Shown: positions 23,260-35,899 of the stretch, piece after piece
Layout: every line of letters begins with the position of its first letter
How positions within the stretch are numbered: the stretch's first letter is position 1
Assembly (NCBI RefSeq): GCF_016433145.1
Contig: NC_058130.1
Location: forward strand, 165,682,703-165,746,702
From: Gracilinanus agilis
Lineage: Eukaryota
Direction of reading: 5' to 3'
DNA: 64,000 nucleotides
The notes under the pieces: generated by a model
Seen by the model: the letters and a program-made list of their open reading frames with translations, nothing else
What the model was told of the DNA's origin: nothing
The model's database searches: none
Translations under genes and position numbers: made by a program

Positions 23260-24399
23260 GTCTGACTGATATATCCCCTTGATTATTCCCATTTCCTTGA
23301 ACCACCTAGTTTTATGAGACCCACAAACACTGCAGGATCATGGGACAAGATAGAATCAATAGATTTGTCCCAGACCTGAACAATAAACCATCAAGCAACC
23401 ATTGAGCACCCCGGATTGGAGTGGTTGATGTGGTCAGACTTAAGTACTCTTTTTGTCTTCTTAATTTCTCTCATTGTTTCTAAACCACTCCCAGATACTC
23501 TCCTCTTTCCCCAGCCTCCAAGTAAGCAAACAGTTGTCCTTCCTTTCCTATACTTTAGTTCAACAGAAATAAACATTCTTGGTGTTTTTCCCAGAGACAG
23601 TGTTCTAGAAATCTTGGAGCTGAGTGACACTCTGTATGGTGTGTGTTTTGGTTCTGTGTGTTGGCTGGCCATAAAAACATTGTCTCCCTTGTCCTGATTA
23701 AAGATGTGTTCTTTTATGATTGTTTTGGTAGTTAGTTCTGTGGTGTCTTTTTTTTTCAGGTTCATGCTTTGTGGAAAATAAATATTGAATTGGGACTTTT
23801 TTAAACCCTTACCTTCTCTCTTAGAATCAATATTGTGTATTGGTTTAAGGCAGAAGAGTGGTAAGGGCTAGGCAATGGGGGTTAAGTGGCTTGCCTGGTC
23901 ATATAATTAAAATTAAATTGAGGCCTTCTTTTTTATTACATCGAAGTAGTGATAGTAAAGAGAGGGAAATGTAGGAAAGAGGTAGAGAGTTGCCTAGTTA
24001 AATATCCTAATTACTGTTCTGACAGATTGAAGCTCACCACTGACAAAAGCTCTTTCAGGTCCAATCTCCAGTCAGAAGAGTTAGTTAGCCACTGGGTCTC
24101 AGTTTATAAATTCCACCCACTAGCTCTCCCAACATCACATCTCAGGAAACAATCACAGTTCCTTAATTTGCCTGGCACCGCCCGAGGGGCAGTGCCTGTG
24201 GAATCAGTTTCCCCAGCCAACTTCCTTTCTCTGAGGGCCTGTCTATCCCTGTACATCTCTGATTGATTACATCAAAACCAAGGGAGGGGAATTCCCTTCT
24301 CACAGTCACCCTGCCAGGAAGTATCTGAACCAGATTTGAACCTAGGACTCCGGTCTCTAGGCCTGGTTCTCAATCAGATGAGCCATCTAGCTCCCCTTT

Positions 24400-25029
24400 C
24401 ATTGGGATATTTTTTTGAGAAATGGTTCTCCTCTTAGCCCCCAAGAACAGTTTGGTTTTGAAGTCTTTCCCCCTAGGATATGAAACTGGGTTAGGTCTAA
24501 GGGGTTAAAAGCATATCTCTGGCAGGGATTTTGTTTCAGGCTGGGTAGAGACCTGCTCTTTGTTTATTTGTAAACAAGAACATGATTAGGTGATGAAATC
24601 AGTGTGCTAGATAGCCATCATTTTTGGACTTCAGTAGCCAACACACTTTTGGGAAGAAGAGGCCTCTTGGCCTTCTTCCTGTGATTGAAGTTCATTTTTG
24701 GTGTGGCTGTTCTCCAATCCGAGATGTCCTGGGGATGGTCTGAGTGATGACATCAGAAGGGACATGTATTGGCTTATGTGACATGAAATCAGCCTCTTTT
24801 GGCTTGCCTGGCTCTCCTGCCTAGTTTCCTACTGCTCTTTTTCACCTAGCCTAGCTACCTGGCTTCTCGTGCTCATCTCTATCTTTTTGGACCCTGATAA
24901 AGAGTTTTTGGTGTCTGTTTGGATTGTGGAGGGAGCCTGATGACTAGTTAAAAATCTTGAGTAGTCTTTAATAAATTAACATTTTAAAATTAAACAGGCA
25001 ACCTCCAGAGAATGTCATTGGTTGCATCT
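24400..25029 (+). mobile_element. Probable old LTR
   Basis: AATAAA near the 3' end followed by ...ttgca; shares caagaacat..ggtgatgaaatc with about 22350-22385; lies just upstream of the env relic. Confidence 0.45.
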
Positions 25030-25309
25030 TTTTGAGAGGTACCTTGGCAACTTCCTAGACCTTAGTTGAAGCAGACAGATCTCTCATGGTCCTGCAGTTC
25101 TTTTCTTTACAGACTCTTTGATGGCAGGCATGGCCTGTGCTGACCCTGGCAACTCAGTTCTGATCTTCATATTACCTCTCTTCTTTCTCAGTTTTTTGAC
25201 AACCTAGTATGCCAGAAGAACAATACTAGAAACCCTTATTAAGCTATGTAGGTCATTTTCACTCAGGACAATTATATACGATCTGTCTTTATTGCCACTT
25301 TCACTGTCC

Positions 25310-25751
25310 TTAGCTCCAACCAGATACTTCTGGTCATATAGGAAAGATCTTTACCTAGCCCTGTTTTACTCATGGTCAGGGACTTAAGGCTTAGTTTCTG
25401 CCATGCCCAATGTTTCTTACCATCACATCATTCCTTCAGCTTCTATTCTTGACTTAGGAGGCCTCTCTAATTACACTTTGATAAATGCCACACAGAATTG
25501 CCGTTCTCAGGGTCATGCATGGGTACCCAATCCCTTACAGGATAAGATTGAGGCTGGTTACCACATCATCCTGTTGTTCCCTCCCCTGCCTTTGGCTATC
25601 TGAACCTAGCAAGCCCTCCATAGAGGTGGTTCTTCAGAACTGATAGACCCTGGATACCCTCATTGCCATTCAGCATGAGATTTGTGCATTCCTGAAAGAA
25701 TGCTGCTTTTATGTTAATGACTCTGGCAAGATTCAAAACATGGAAGAACTC
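25310..25751 (+). pseudogene. Endogenous retrovirus env relic (SU C-terminus plus TM immunosuppressive domain)
   Basis: LAPTRYFWSYRKDLYLALFYSWSGT*GL resembles the SU motif LYLCLP.NWSGTC. After a frameshift, EVVLQN**TLDTLIAIQHEICAFLKECCFYVNDSGKIQ matches LQNRRxLD...C(x)CCFYVNxSG. Confidence 0.85.
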
Positions 25752-26061
25752 CTTAGGGCCCTATCTACTCCGAGGCTGAGGCTTGGGTGTATTTCTAATT
25801 ACTTTACCTTGGTGTCATACTTGTGAATTTATATAGTCTTTCCTTTGTAAACCCTTTTCCTCCAAATGTATTCTTGTGGCCTAGAATGGGGTGGAGGGAC
25901 ATGGCAGAGGAAAGAAAGGAAAATCAATGTAATTCAACACTAATTAAATGCCTACTAGGTAAAAGGCACTAACTTGGGAAATACAAAAGCAAAAAATATT
26001 GCTGAAAACGAGGGATCATTTCAATCAATCAGCATTTACTAAACACCTACTATAGTATGTG

Positions 26062-26657
26062 TGTGACAAGCAAAAGATGAAATGGCTGAGGAAATGAAGG
26101 TTGGATCTTCTGAATTATTGATTTGTTAAGCAATGAATGGCAATTGCCTAACAAATGGGGACAGGCCCCTTCCTTAGCTTAGGGTTGGACCCCAATACAT
26201 GGGGAGACAGCCTTTTATAGATTAAAAACAATCAAGGCCAATTAACTAAAAGGAAGGAATACAATGTTAGATAATCTGATTTTTAATTAGATAAAAGATT
26301 AGGGACTTTTCAAATCGGGAGTAGGAGAGTGAATAGGTGAAATCCCCTGAATTCTGGAAAAGAGGTGTCCCCCTCCTTCTCAAGTATGTTTAACCCATCA
26401 AAGGAACATAGAACCAATAAATGAATGATCAGTATGGGGCTAGTTTTCAGATAAGGCATATAGATTGCTTGAGATTATGAAAATTACAATTATTAGAAAT
26501 TCTTTACATCAACATTAGGATTTGGCTGCATTTTCTGGTCAGAATAACATAGAACCCTGGTTAAGGGTCTCTAAATAGCAAGTAACAGAGGTCGAGTTTC
26601 ACAGCCACAAAGAGCTAGATTCAAATATCATAATAAGGTTTGTTCCTAATTCCCACA
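26062..26657 (-). mobile_element. Solo LTR, minus-strand copy
   Basis: Reverse complement starts tgtgggaa and ends gtcaca; aligns by eye with 34033-34635. Confidence 0.75.
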
Positions 26658-27189
26658 ATTGAATAAACTTTTCTCACAAGGCAGAAGGTGGATGAGGCCC
26701 ATAAATGAATAGAAACTAAGCTACCTCTAGAATTGAGTGGTAAGATAGAGTCACAGTATGGTTCTCCCAATTTCTACAATCAATCACTTGCTAATCCCTT
26801 CAATTTAGAGCTGGAAGGGACCTTACCCCTCATCAAGTCTTCATCCCCACCCCATTTTACTGAGAGAAAATTGAGGCCTAGAGAAGTAAAGTTTATTGCC
26901 TTCAGGTGCAGCATATAATCTGAGGTTGATTTCTTCTTAGTCCTTTGTCCCCGGGGTCCCCAGGGGTAGGGGTAGGGAGGAGTTGGGGTAGATAGGAAGG
27001 GTGAATTTGAGCTCAAATGCCAGAGATAAGCAACTATGAACAGGCCCCTTAGGAAGGAGAATTTTCTAGACCCAGATTCAAGGGATTAAACTGGTAGGAA
27101 ACCAGAGAGGAATTCATACAGAGAACTGTCTGGAACCAAGTCCGAGGGTCACAATTTCAAAGCTGGGAAGGAAGGACTTCATGGAACTA

Positions 27190-27910
27190 GCGTAGGAAGG
27201 CTCTAGAAATCTCTGTGGCTCAGAGCTTTGCTCCCGCTGCCGGGTCCCCAGTTACCCGGCCCAGCACTACAGCCTGCAAAAGCTGCTGGGGGTTCATAAT
27301 TCAGATAAGCAGCCCTCCCCGGGCTCTGACCCGCTGTAGTCCCAGGTGGGGACCTGGAGGAACGAAGGCACGGAACTGACGGAGCCCGGTGGAGATTGGC
27401 GAACAGCGCTCCGTCCTCCTTTCTTCCCAAGCTTCCTCGAGGCGGAAGCCCCTATTTCAAGATCTCGACGTCCGAACCTTCCTAGGCAGAGCCTCTCCGA
27501 TTCCCCTCCCGGTGGATGCTTCCAGCCGCTCTTAGAGCCCAACAGCAACCTAAAAGCAAATATCAAACCAGTTTTCTTTTCTTTTCTTTTTTTTTTTTTA
27601 ACTTCTTCCAAAATATTTTTCCATGTTTACAGGATTCATTTTCTTTCCCTCCCCCCTCCCAGAGCCGACCAGCAGTTCCCCCTGAGTCAAACCAGTTTTC
27701 AATGTTCCCTGGATGGCATGTCCCCACGTTATCGGTCAAGGGATGCAATTCCTGAGTCGCCCACCAGGTGATGCTATGTACAAGCCCCCGGCCAAGTGGT
27801 CTTGCTTGCAGCTCCCCGGCGAGCTTAAGCAAGTCAAAAATTGGGCGCCCTAATCCGCTGGGCGAGTTAAAACGCCCCCTTGGCTGGCTTCTGATTTAGA
27901 CGAAGGGATA
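27190..27910. promoter_or_regulatory. Orphan CpG-rich promoter/enhancer-like region
   Basis: Roughly 30 CpGs in a CpG-poor neighbourhood; ETS-like GGCGGAAG, reverse CCAAT (GATTGG), two ACTACA motifs, AGATAAG. Confidence 0.55.
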
Positions 27911-28796
27911 AAGTAATATATTTGTTGAGATTCTTTTAAAAAGAATAGAAAATGTCTTTGTGCCAGTCTCTGTGTGTCTGTCTGTGTCTGTGCCGTCTCA
28001 GACTATATGTAGTTCAGTAGGCTAGCAGCAGCTGTTCCTATCAGCCCCTTAAGTCTCGCTTTCCAGGGATTGCAAGAATCACTGCCTTAGAGCGAGCCTC
28101 CCAGCATCTTCGTTAATGACAGATAGTCTTAGCCACCCCTCACCTTGTCCCCCTATGGACATGGCCCCAAACCCCCACATCTAAACTGCTCAACTACATC
28201 ACGAGCAGGAAGAAGTCTTGAGGGCAAAAGAGGAGGGAAAGAAGCTACGAATTCAGGACTCCTCTCTGTAAATCTTGCTCCTTCTCAGTCTTCTTTTTGC
28301 CTATGGAGAGCCTCTGTACAAATCCCTGAGGCTCAGTAAGGGGAAAGAGCATCAGAAATGCCTCCCTAGTTCTCCGTTCTTACCTGATCAACTCTGTCTC
28401 TTGGTGACCTCATCAGCTTCCTCTGAACTACATGCTGCTGCCAAAATCATCTTCCTCACCTGCAGATCTGGTATGTGACTTAGTCAACTCCAGGGGTTTC
28501 CCTTTTGTTTTTTAGACCCTTATCTTCCATTTTAGAATCAATACTGTGTCCGGGTTCCAGAATGGAAGAATAGAATGGGCTAGGTCATGGGTTAAGTGAC
28601 TTGCTGGGTCACCCAGTTAGGAAGTGTTTAGGAGGTCCCATGAAGTCCATCCTCCCCCCAGCTTTGAAATGTAACTCTCAGGCCTAGAGAAGGAAGGTCC
28701 TGGGTTCAAATGTGACCTCAGACACTTAAGTTTATCTTTCCCCCCAAATGTACCCATCTTCCCAAACTCCCTAATTCTGTTGAATTTTGAATTTCT

Positions 28797-28995
28797 TTTT
28801 TTTTTTTTTTTAATTTTATTTTAAACCCTTAACTTCTGTGTATTGACTTATAGGTGGAAGAGTGGTAAGGGTAGGCAATGGGGGCCAAGTGACTTGCCCA
28901 GGGTCACACAGCTGGGAAGTGTCTGAGGCCGGGTTTGAACCTAGGACCCGTCTCTAGGCCTGGCTCTCAATCCACTGAGCTACCCAGCTGCCCCC
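28797..28995 (-). mobile_element. Young SINE1_Mdo-like SINE
   Basis: 16-bp TSD tgaattttgaatttct at 28781-28796 and 28996-29011. Confidence 0.9.
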
Positions 28996-31939
28996 TGAAT
29001 TTTGAATTTCTGTTGAATCACTATTCCAAGCTCCGGGGCTTACAATATTATCATGATCCTGAATTCCTTATCCGCCTTCACCACATGTATCAGTTGTCAA
29101 ATCTTCTACTTCTGCCACATCTCTTGCATCAAATAATTCCCAGACTCTATTCACCACCTCTCCTCTACATTATTATAATAGATACCTAACTGGTCTCCCC
29201 ACTCCAGGCCATCTTCAATTCTGCTGCCAAAGTAATCTTCCTTATCTGCAGGTCTGGCACGTGAATTATTCATTCAGTCAGTTCCAGTGATTTCTTACTG
29301 CTATTAAGATAAAATTAAATCTCCTCTGTTTAGCTTCCCTCCCTCTTCCCCCTCCTTTAAATCTTCACCTCCCATCTTAGAATCAAGATTGTGTATTGGT
29401 TCTAAGGTAGAGGAGCTGTAAGGGCTAGGCAGTGGGGGGTTAAGTGACTTGCCCAGGCTCACACCGCCAGGAAGTGTCTGAGGTCAGATTTGAACCCAGG
29501 ACCATCTCTGGGCTTGGCTTTCTATCCACAGAATCACCCAGCTGCCCCACCTCTTTAGCTTTTAAAACATTTCACAACTTGGTCTTAACCCATCTAACTT
29601 TACTGATGTTACTTTTCTTTCCACTCTTCCATCCAACCAACTGGCCTTCTCTCTCTGTCTCTCTGTGTATCTCTGCCTGTCTTTCCGTCTCTGTCTCTCT
29701 GCCTATCTCTCTCTCTTGAATCCTTAAAACTTTTAATTAATCTCCCATCTCTTTTCCTTTGCACGGTCTGCCTCACATACCTATAATGAATTGACTCCTT
29801 ACCTTGCCCTCAGAAACTCCCTTTCTTCCTTTGAGACACATTTCAAGCACCATTTTCTTTCCTTTTTTTTCTTTTTAAACCCTTACCTTCTGTCTTAGAA
29901 TCAGTACTATGTATTGGTTCCAAGGCAGAAGAGTGGTAAGGGCTAGGCAATGGGTGTTAAGTGATTTGCTCAGGGTCACACAGCTAGGAAGTATTTGAAC
30001 CTAGAATGCTGGCCTGGCTCTCAATCCACTGAGCCACCCAGCTGCCCCTCAAGCACCATTTTCTGCATGAAGATTGTCGTGATTCTTCCAACTGATTATC
30101 CTCCTCAAACTTATAAATATCTTGTATTTAACCACTTTGTCTATGTGTGTATGTATTCACTTCATATTTATTTTCTATGTATTTATTTATATATGGTTTT
30201 TATAATGTTGTACTTACACATGTACTCGTCTCCCCCATGAGCCTGTAAATTCCTTGAGTGTAAAAATGGTTTCATTCTTTGTACTTGTGTCTCCAGCACC
30301 TCTGACAGTGCCTAGGACATAGTAGGAGCTTAATAAATACTTGTGCATTGATAGATTGACTGATTGATTTGATTTTACCCAGCCTCCAGGTAACTAATCA
30401 TTTAAAAGAGATAAAGGCCCAATTTAGGGACAGGTTCACTGGGAAGAATGTGGGTAGTTTTTTCTAACCCTGAGGCCCCATTTGGGTCATTTTCAGCTCC
30501 TGCCCTCACTTAGGTCTGACTTACCAGAATCTGTGCAGAGGTCCTGGGGAAGGGGGGGCCCATTACTCAGATCTCCCTTTGAGCAGGGCGTTGTACTCTT
30601 TGGATCGTTGGGCCCTTGCTGAAGACTCCACACCAGAAACCTAGCCTGGCTGATTTCAGTGTGTTTCTCCTTAGAGAAGGAAGGTCTCTGTTCTTCATTA
30701 GTGGCTCTACTGAGCCCTCCAGTGTCTGCTTCCCATTCTCTCTCCTTCCCAGCTCTGAGCTGGCTTCCCTTACAAGGATAGAGATGGCCTGGGGCTCAAG
30801 ATCTAAGGAGCCTGCTCTTACCAGCCAGCTTCTAGCTAAGGGCTCATGGCTTGGGTTTTAGATCCATGGACGCCTCAATTCCTCTGTGCCCCATGCTTAG
30901 CCCTCCATCTGATATTCTGCTCTTCCATTGAGCTGGGCCAGCAAATTCATCCTGCTGACTGGGTTATATGGAGCAAAAGTACCCTGTCAAATGACCTCCC
31001 AAATGATTGCCTTTCTTGATCATCTCCACAAAGACCATTTCCTCTTAGCCCCAAAATGCTTCTTCGATGCCAAAACTCACACATATACTAGAGTGAGGGT
31101 TTCTTTCTGGGCCCAACATTGAAACTACTGCTGTGGTTTCAATGTGCTCTATGTGGGCAACCAGACATTGGATGTGGGTAACCAAACATTAAATGGGACT
31201 CTACCTCAGAACACTGGTGGTTCCCTGCCAACAGGGTGTAGGGAAGACAGGCTTGAATGCTGAATCAAGAAAACCCAGGTTCAGATTCTGCTAGCTGTGT
31301 GACCTGGGGAAAACCCCTGAACCTCTCTGATTCTATTTCCTCATCCTGTAAAATAGGAAATAATAAAAGAATCTGACTCATAGAGTTGTGAGGATCAAAT
31401 CAGACAATTCATACAATGAATTTTCCAAACCTTAGAGCGCTATATAAATGTACACTATTTCCTAGAGCATCATACTTTGGAACCTTGAAGGTCTTCTAGT
31501 TCAACTCTCCCACTTTATAGATGGTGAAAACTGAGACCCAGAGAGGGGAAAGTGAGTTGTCCAATGTCACACAGGTAGCAAATGGCATAGCCAGGATTTA
31601 GAGCCAGGTCTCTTCTGATGCTGGATGTGGAGGTCTTTTCCCGGTTTCCTGCCATCACTTCCAAGCTCTCATTATTTGTTCATGAAGATATGGGCTATCA
31701 AGTGCATTTCCTCCTAGTTCCTTAATGATAAAAGCTATTCAAGTCGAATTCTTTAAAAATATGATGTTGTATCCAAAAGCTGATCTGGTCCTACACCCAG
31801 AAAGGGTTAAATTGTTTCCCACAGCCCCCAGAAAATGAACAGGAATGTGATCACTGGCTCCTCTACAGCAGAGCCGGTTCTGGGGAGGTTGTTAGTATTT
31901 TCTGATAAGATTTTCAGTCAGTTAGCTAGTATTTTTTAA

Positions 31940-32400
31940 TTTTTATTTTTTGAAATCCTAAGTATTTTTTTTTTCTTTGTTAAAATTTCCCCATGATTAC
32001 ATGATTCTTGTTGTCTCCCTCTCCTCTTCCCTCCCCCATCTTGGAATTGACATACAATTCTACTGGGTAATACATGTATTATCATGCAAAACACATTTCC
32101 ATACTATCCACTTTTTAAAACATGTGATAAATCACATGTTTTCTTCTGGATTTCTATCCCCCTGCCCAGTTCTTTCTCCAGATGTGGATAGCATTCTTTC
32201 TCATAAGTCCCTCAGGATTGTCCTAGATCATTGCATTAGTAGCAAATTCTATTATATTTGATTGTCCCACAATGTGTCTGTTATTGTGTACAATGTTCTC
32301 CTGGTTCTGCTCATTTCATTCCACATCAGTTCATGGAGGTCTTTCCAATTCTTAAAGAAATTCATCAATTCCTTATAGTAAAATATTATTCCATCACTAT
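31940..32400 (-). mobile_element. L1 3' end fragment
   Basis: Poly-T followed by ccatgattacatgattc...ccctccccc, typical of marsupial L1 3' ends; similar pieces at about 10125-10810, 27565-27700 and 51890-52370. Confidence 0.6.
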
Positions 32401-33644
32401 CTTGGTTAGCATTTCTTAATGCCTTATTATGTTCCAGACAGTGTCCTAAGGGCTACATAGAAAGACAAAAAATAGGCCCTTTTCTCAAGGAGTTCATACT
32501 CTATTGGGGGAGACAATATGCAGATATCCACGAACATCTCCTTCTCCTAAAAAGAAAACAAGGCTACTCAAGGCAAACTGGCATTTTTGTATCTCTAGTT
32601 CTCTTCCACTCCTTCCCCAAAATGATTTGACCTTGTCGTGCACACAAAAACTCCTTGCACCATGGACCACCCAACTTACATGTTGACACCTTTTAATACT
32701 CTTTGCTTTTTTTTTTTTTTGCCACATCCCTTCCAACATTCATTACTCTCCCCTGCTGTCATTTTAGTCAATCTGCTGGGTGTGAGGTGATACCTCAGAG
32801 TTATTTTGATTTGCATTTCTCCAAAAAAATTTTTTAAAAAAGAAAAGGCATCCGTTACTTGTGGCCAGCAGCTCCCTTCCTTGCTTTTCCTCAGTTAGTT
32901 GGCCCCACCTTCATGCTGGGCAGCATATCTACTCATTTTGGAGGATTCTGAGGAAAGACCCCCAACTTCCTCATTCTATTCCAATTTATGCTCTTCCTGA
33001 CCTGCCTTTCCCAAGCCTCTTTGTTTGGAGGACTCTGACTTCCAACCGGACAGGATGTGGGTCTTCCAGATGCCAAAAGTCTCATGAATGACTGCACATA
33101 TCCAAGAGTCTACTTTTATCTTCTTCACTATCCAAGAGGCTTATTTACAAATAAACAAAGAGCTTGTTTCCACCCTCTTTCAGCAAGGAAGGGAAGAAGC
33201 ACATTGTAGCTTCAATCTTAAGATTAAATTTTTTTCTCTTTAAAATCCAAAGGTTGTCTTAGAGTGATAAAGAGAGATACAGATTAATATTGAATTTCCA
33301 CAATAGGTTCTTTTGGTTTTATCATTGTGGCTGTTGCTTTATATATCCATAGGAAATAGTGATAATCTATCTTTATGTCTGTTCCTTTATTTACCTCACA
33401 TTTTTTAGTGTTAATAATTTATCTAATTAGATTGGGTTAGCAATGTCTTACTTGTGTACCCTATCTTCTCTTCATTTTTAGTCTATTTTCGAGTTTGGTG
33501 TTGACTTTGATCTTTACTATAACAAAGTGATAATATGAATTTTTGCAGTCAGCTGATTCAAAAATGAATTCCACATTAGTAACCAGTTAATTTGTGTCTG
33601 TAAGGGTATAGTCAATTTAATTTTGGTGGATATTATTCCATATC

Positions 33645-33790
33645 NNNNNNNNNNNNNNNNNNNNNNNNNNNNNNNNNNNNNNNNNNNNNNNNNNNNNNNN
33701 NNNNNNNNNNNNNNNNNNNNNNNNNNNNNNNNNNNNNNNNNNNNNNNNNNNNNNNNNNNNNNNNNNNNNNNNNNNNNNNNNNNNNNNNNN
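33645..33790. other. Assembly gap (146 N)
   Basis: Run of n characters, apparently inside an LTR-like element starting near 33599 (tgtaaggg). Confidence 0.99.
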
Positions 33791-34032
33791 GTATCCATAC
33801 TGTGAGTATAACCTGTGACTCCAAAGGACCAAGTTCACAAAAAAAAAAGATTCAATCCTTGGGGCTGACCCCATAGAGTTGAGGGAACTGAGGGGAAAAG
33901 GATAGCAAGGGGGAATTGAGTGAACTACATTGATTCCATCTTGTGACTCAATTCTGAAGCTATCTCAGTTTCCCTTTTTACTCAATTATGGGCCTAGTCC
34001 AAATTCTATCTTATGAGAAAACTTCACTCAAT

Positions 34033-34635
34033 TGTGGGAACCGGGAGAAAACCTTACTGTATTAGGTGAATCTAGCCCTTCCTGGCTAGGAAACTGGCAC
34101 ACTTCTCCCCGATGCTCAGAGAACTTTAATTAAGCTCCTAGGTTATGCTGACCAGAAACACAATCAGACCCTAAAGTCTGATGCAAGAAGTTTTCTCACA
34201 ATTAAATATCTCAAACAACTAAAATGTCATATCTGAAAACAGACCCCATACTGACTAAGTCATTATTGTTTCCATTTCCTTTGGTTGTTTACAGACATGA
34301 TACATAATGGAAGGTATGCCTTTTGTTCTAATTTCAGGGCATTGCACCTGTTAATAATTCCCTTCCCAACTTGGAAAGTCTCTAAGGTCTCTAATCTTTC
34401 CCCCAACTAGGAATTAGATTAACTAATGTTATATTATTTCCTTTTAATTTACTGACCTTATTTGATTGTTTTTAATGTATAAAAGTCTATCTTCACCTTC
34501 ATTCAAGGTCCTGGCCCAAAGTGAAAAGGTCTTGTCCTGGTTTGTTGGGCAGTTGTCATGTATTACTTAATAAATCTATATGCTCAGAAGACTGAGCCTT
34601 TATTTTCTCAGTTATTTTATCTTTCATTAGCCACA
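34033..34635 (+). mobile_element. Solo LTR
   Basis: TG...CA termini (tgtgggaa...gccaca), tataaaa-like box, AATAAA; related to the 11.3 kb and 26.1 kb copies. Confidence 0.75.
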
Positions 34636-35693
34636 AGATTGATTTCTTTCTTTGCCCCCTTGCCTCCAATTTGGAATTTTGCTTTGGAAAAATCTCTAAA
34701 ATAACATTTAGGTTTGCTTGTGTCTGAATTTATCCCAAATGTGAGTAACAGTGTCTTCAATTCCTATAAAGCACTCAATTTATAATGTGGGTAATGAGTT
34801 TAGTATTAAGATAGCATAGCTTTCATTTCATCCTTCAGGAAAAGCGTAAGACACTAAGCACTCAGAGTTGCCCATGAACAGACACAGAAAACCCTCAAAG
34901 AACCCATCAGGTACCCCTGGGAGGGAACTGGACCTGGAGTTTTGCCCAGACCAAATCTGTCATTTCCTTGTTTCTCTCCCTAGAGTTCTACACAAGCCCC
35001 CAAGTTTTGTAATACCTCCCTGTTGTATAGACTCTCCCCAGAAGGCAAATGTATTTGGGGACTACTGAGCAAATGAACCTCTTCTTATAGAACCTGCACT
35101 CTTCAAGTAAATTATTGTTTTTGCTCTCCAAAGGATGTGCTATGTAGGAAATATGTGAGCCCTCCTTTTCCTAAGGAAACTACTCCCAATTTGACCATTA
35201 TCTCCCCATAAGAGATAATCTAGGACCTTGAAACCAAGAACCTTGAGAATAACCATGTCCCATAGATCACCAAAACCACTTGGAGCACACACCCTACAGC
35301 TATCGTTAAGGGAAGAAATCACAATGGAGAAAGGACCTTGTTTCTTTGTTACCACTAACAACTGCTGACCAACTACTACCAATAATCATAAATTCAGGCG
35401 TTCTTTTAGTGATAGTACTGCCACTCTCCCTCCTCCCAGGCATCAGGCCTGCTTCTAGCCCAGGTTTCATAGCCACCATCTGGGAAATCAGCTCTTGTGG
35501 AGAAGGGACCAGCCATACCCATCAACTTCCTGCCACTGAAAGGGGAAACAAGCTAGCTTAGCTGAAGGGAGAGACAAGAGGCAGCATGTATCTGACAAGT
35601 TAAGCCAACACCACCTTGTCCCCCTGATGGTGACAACCCAGGGCCCTAAATCCCAAAGGCCTGGGAAGAGTGACATTAAATAATGCTATTTTA

Positions 35694-35899
35694 TTTTTTA
35701 TTTTTTAAACCCTTACCTTCCGTCTTGGAGTCAATACTGTGTACTGGTTCCAAGGCAGAAGAGTGGTAAGGGCTGGCAAAGGGGGTTAAGTGACTTGCCC
35801 AGGGTCACATAGCTAGGAAGTGTTTGAGGCCAGATTTGAACCTAGGACCTCTCGTCTCTAGGCCTGGCTCTCAATCCACTGAGCTACCCAACTGCCCCC
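35694..35899 (-). mobile_element. SINE1_Mdo-like SINE
   Basis: Full-length; TSD aaataatg(c/a)tatttta. Confidence 0.88.

Noticed and set aside
27762-27775. CCACCAGGTGATGC, CTCF-like motif
   Set aside because: Mismatches in the highly conserved GGC core; weaker than the 21138 site.
33517-33874. ORFs with X runs
   Set aside because: Artefacts of the N gap.
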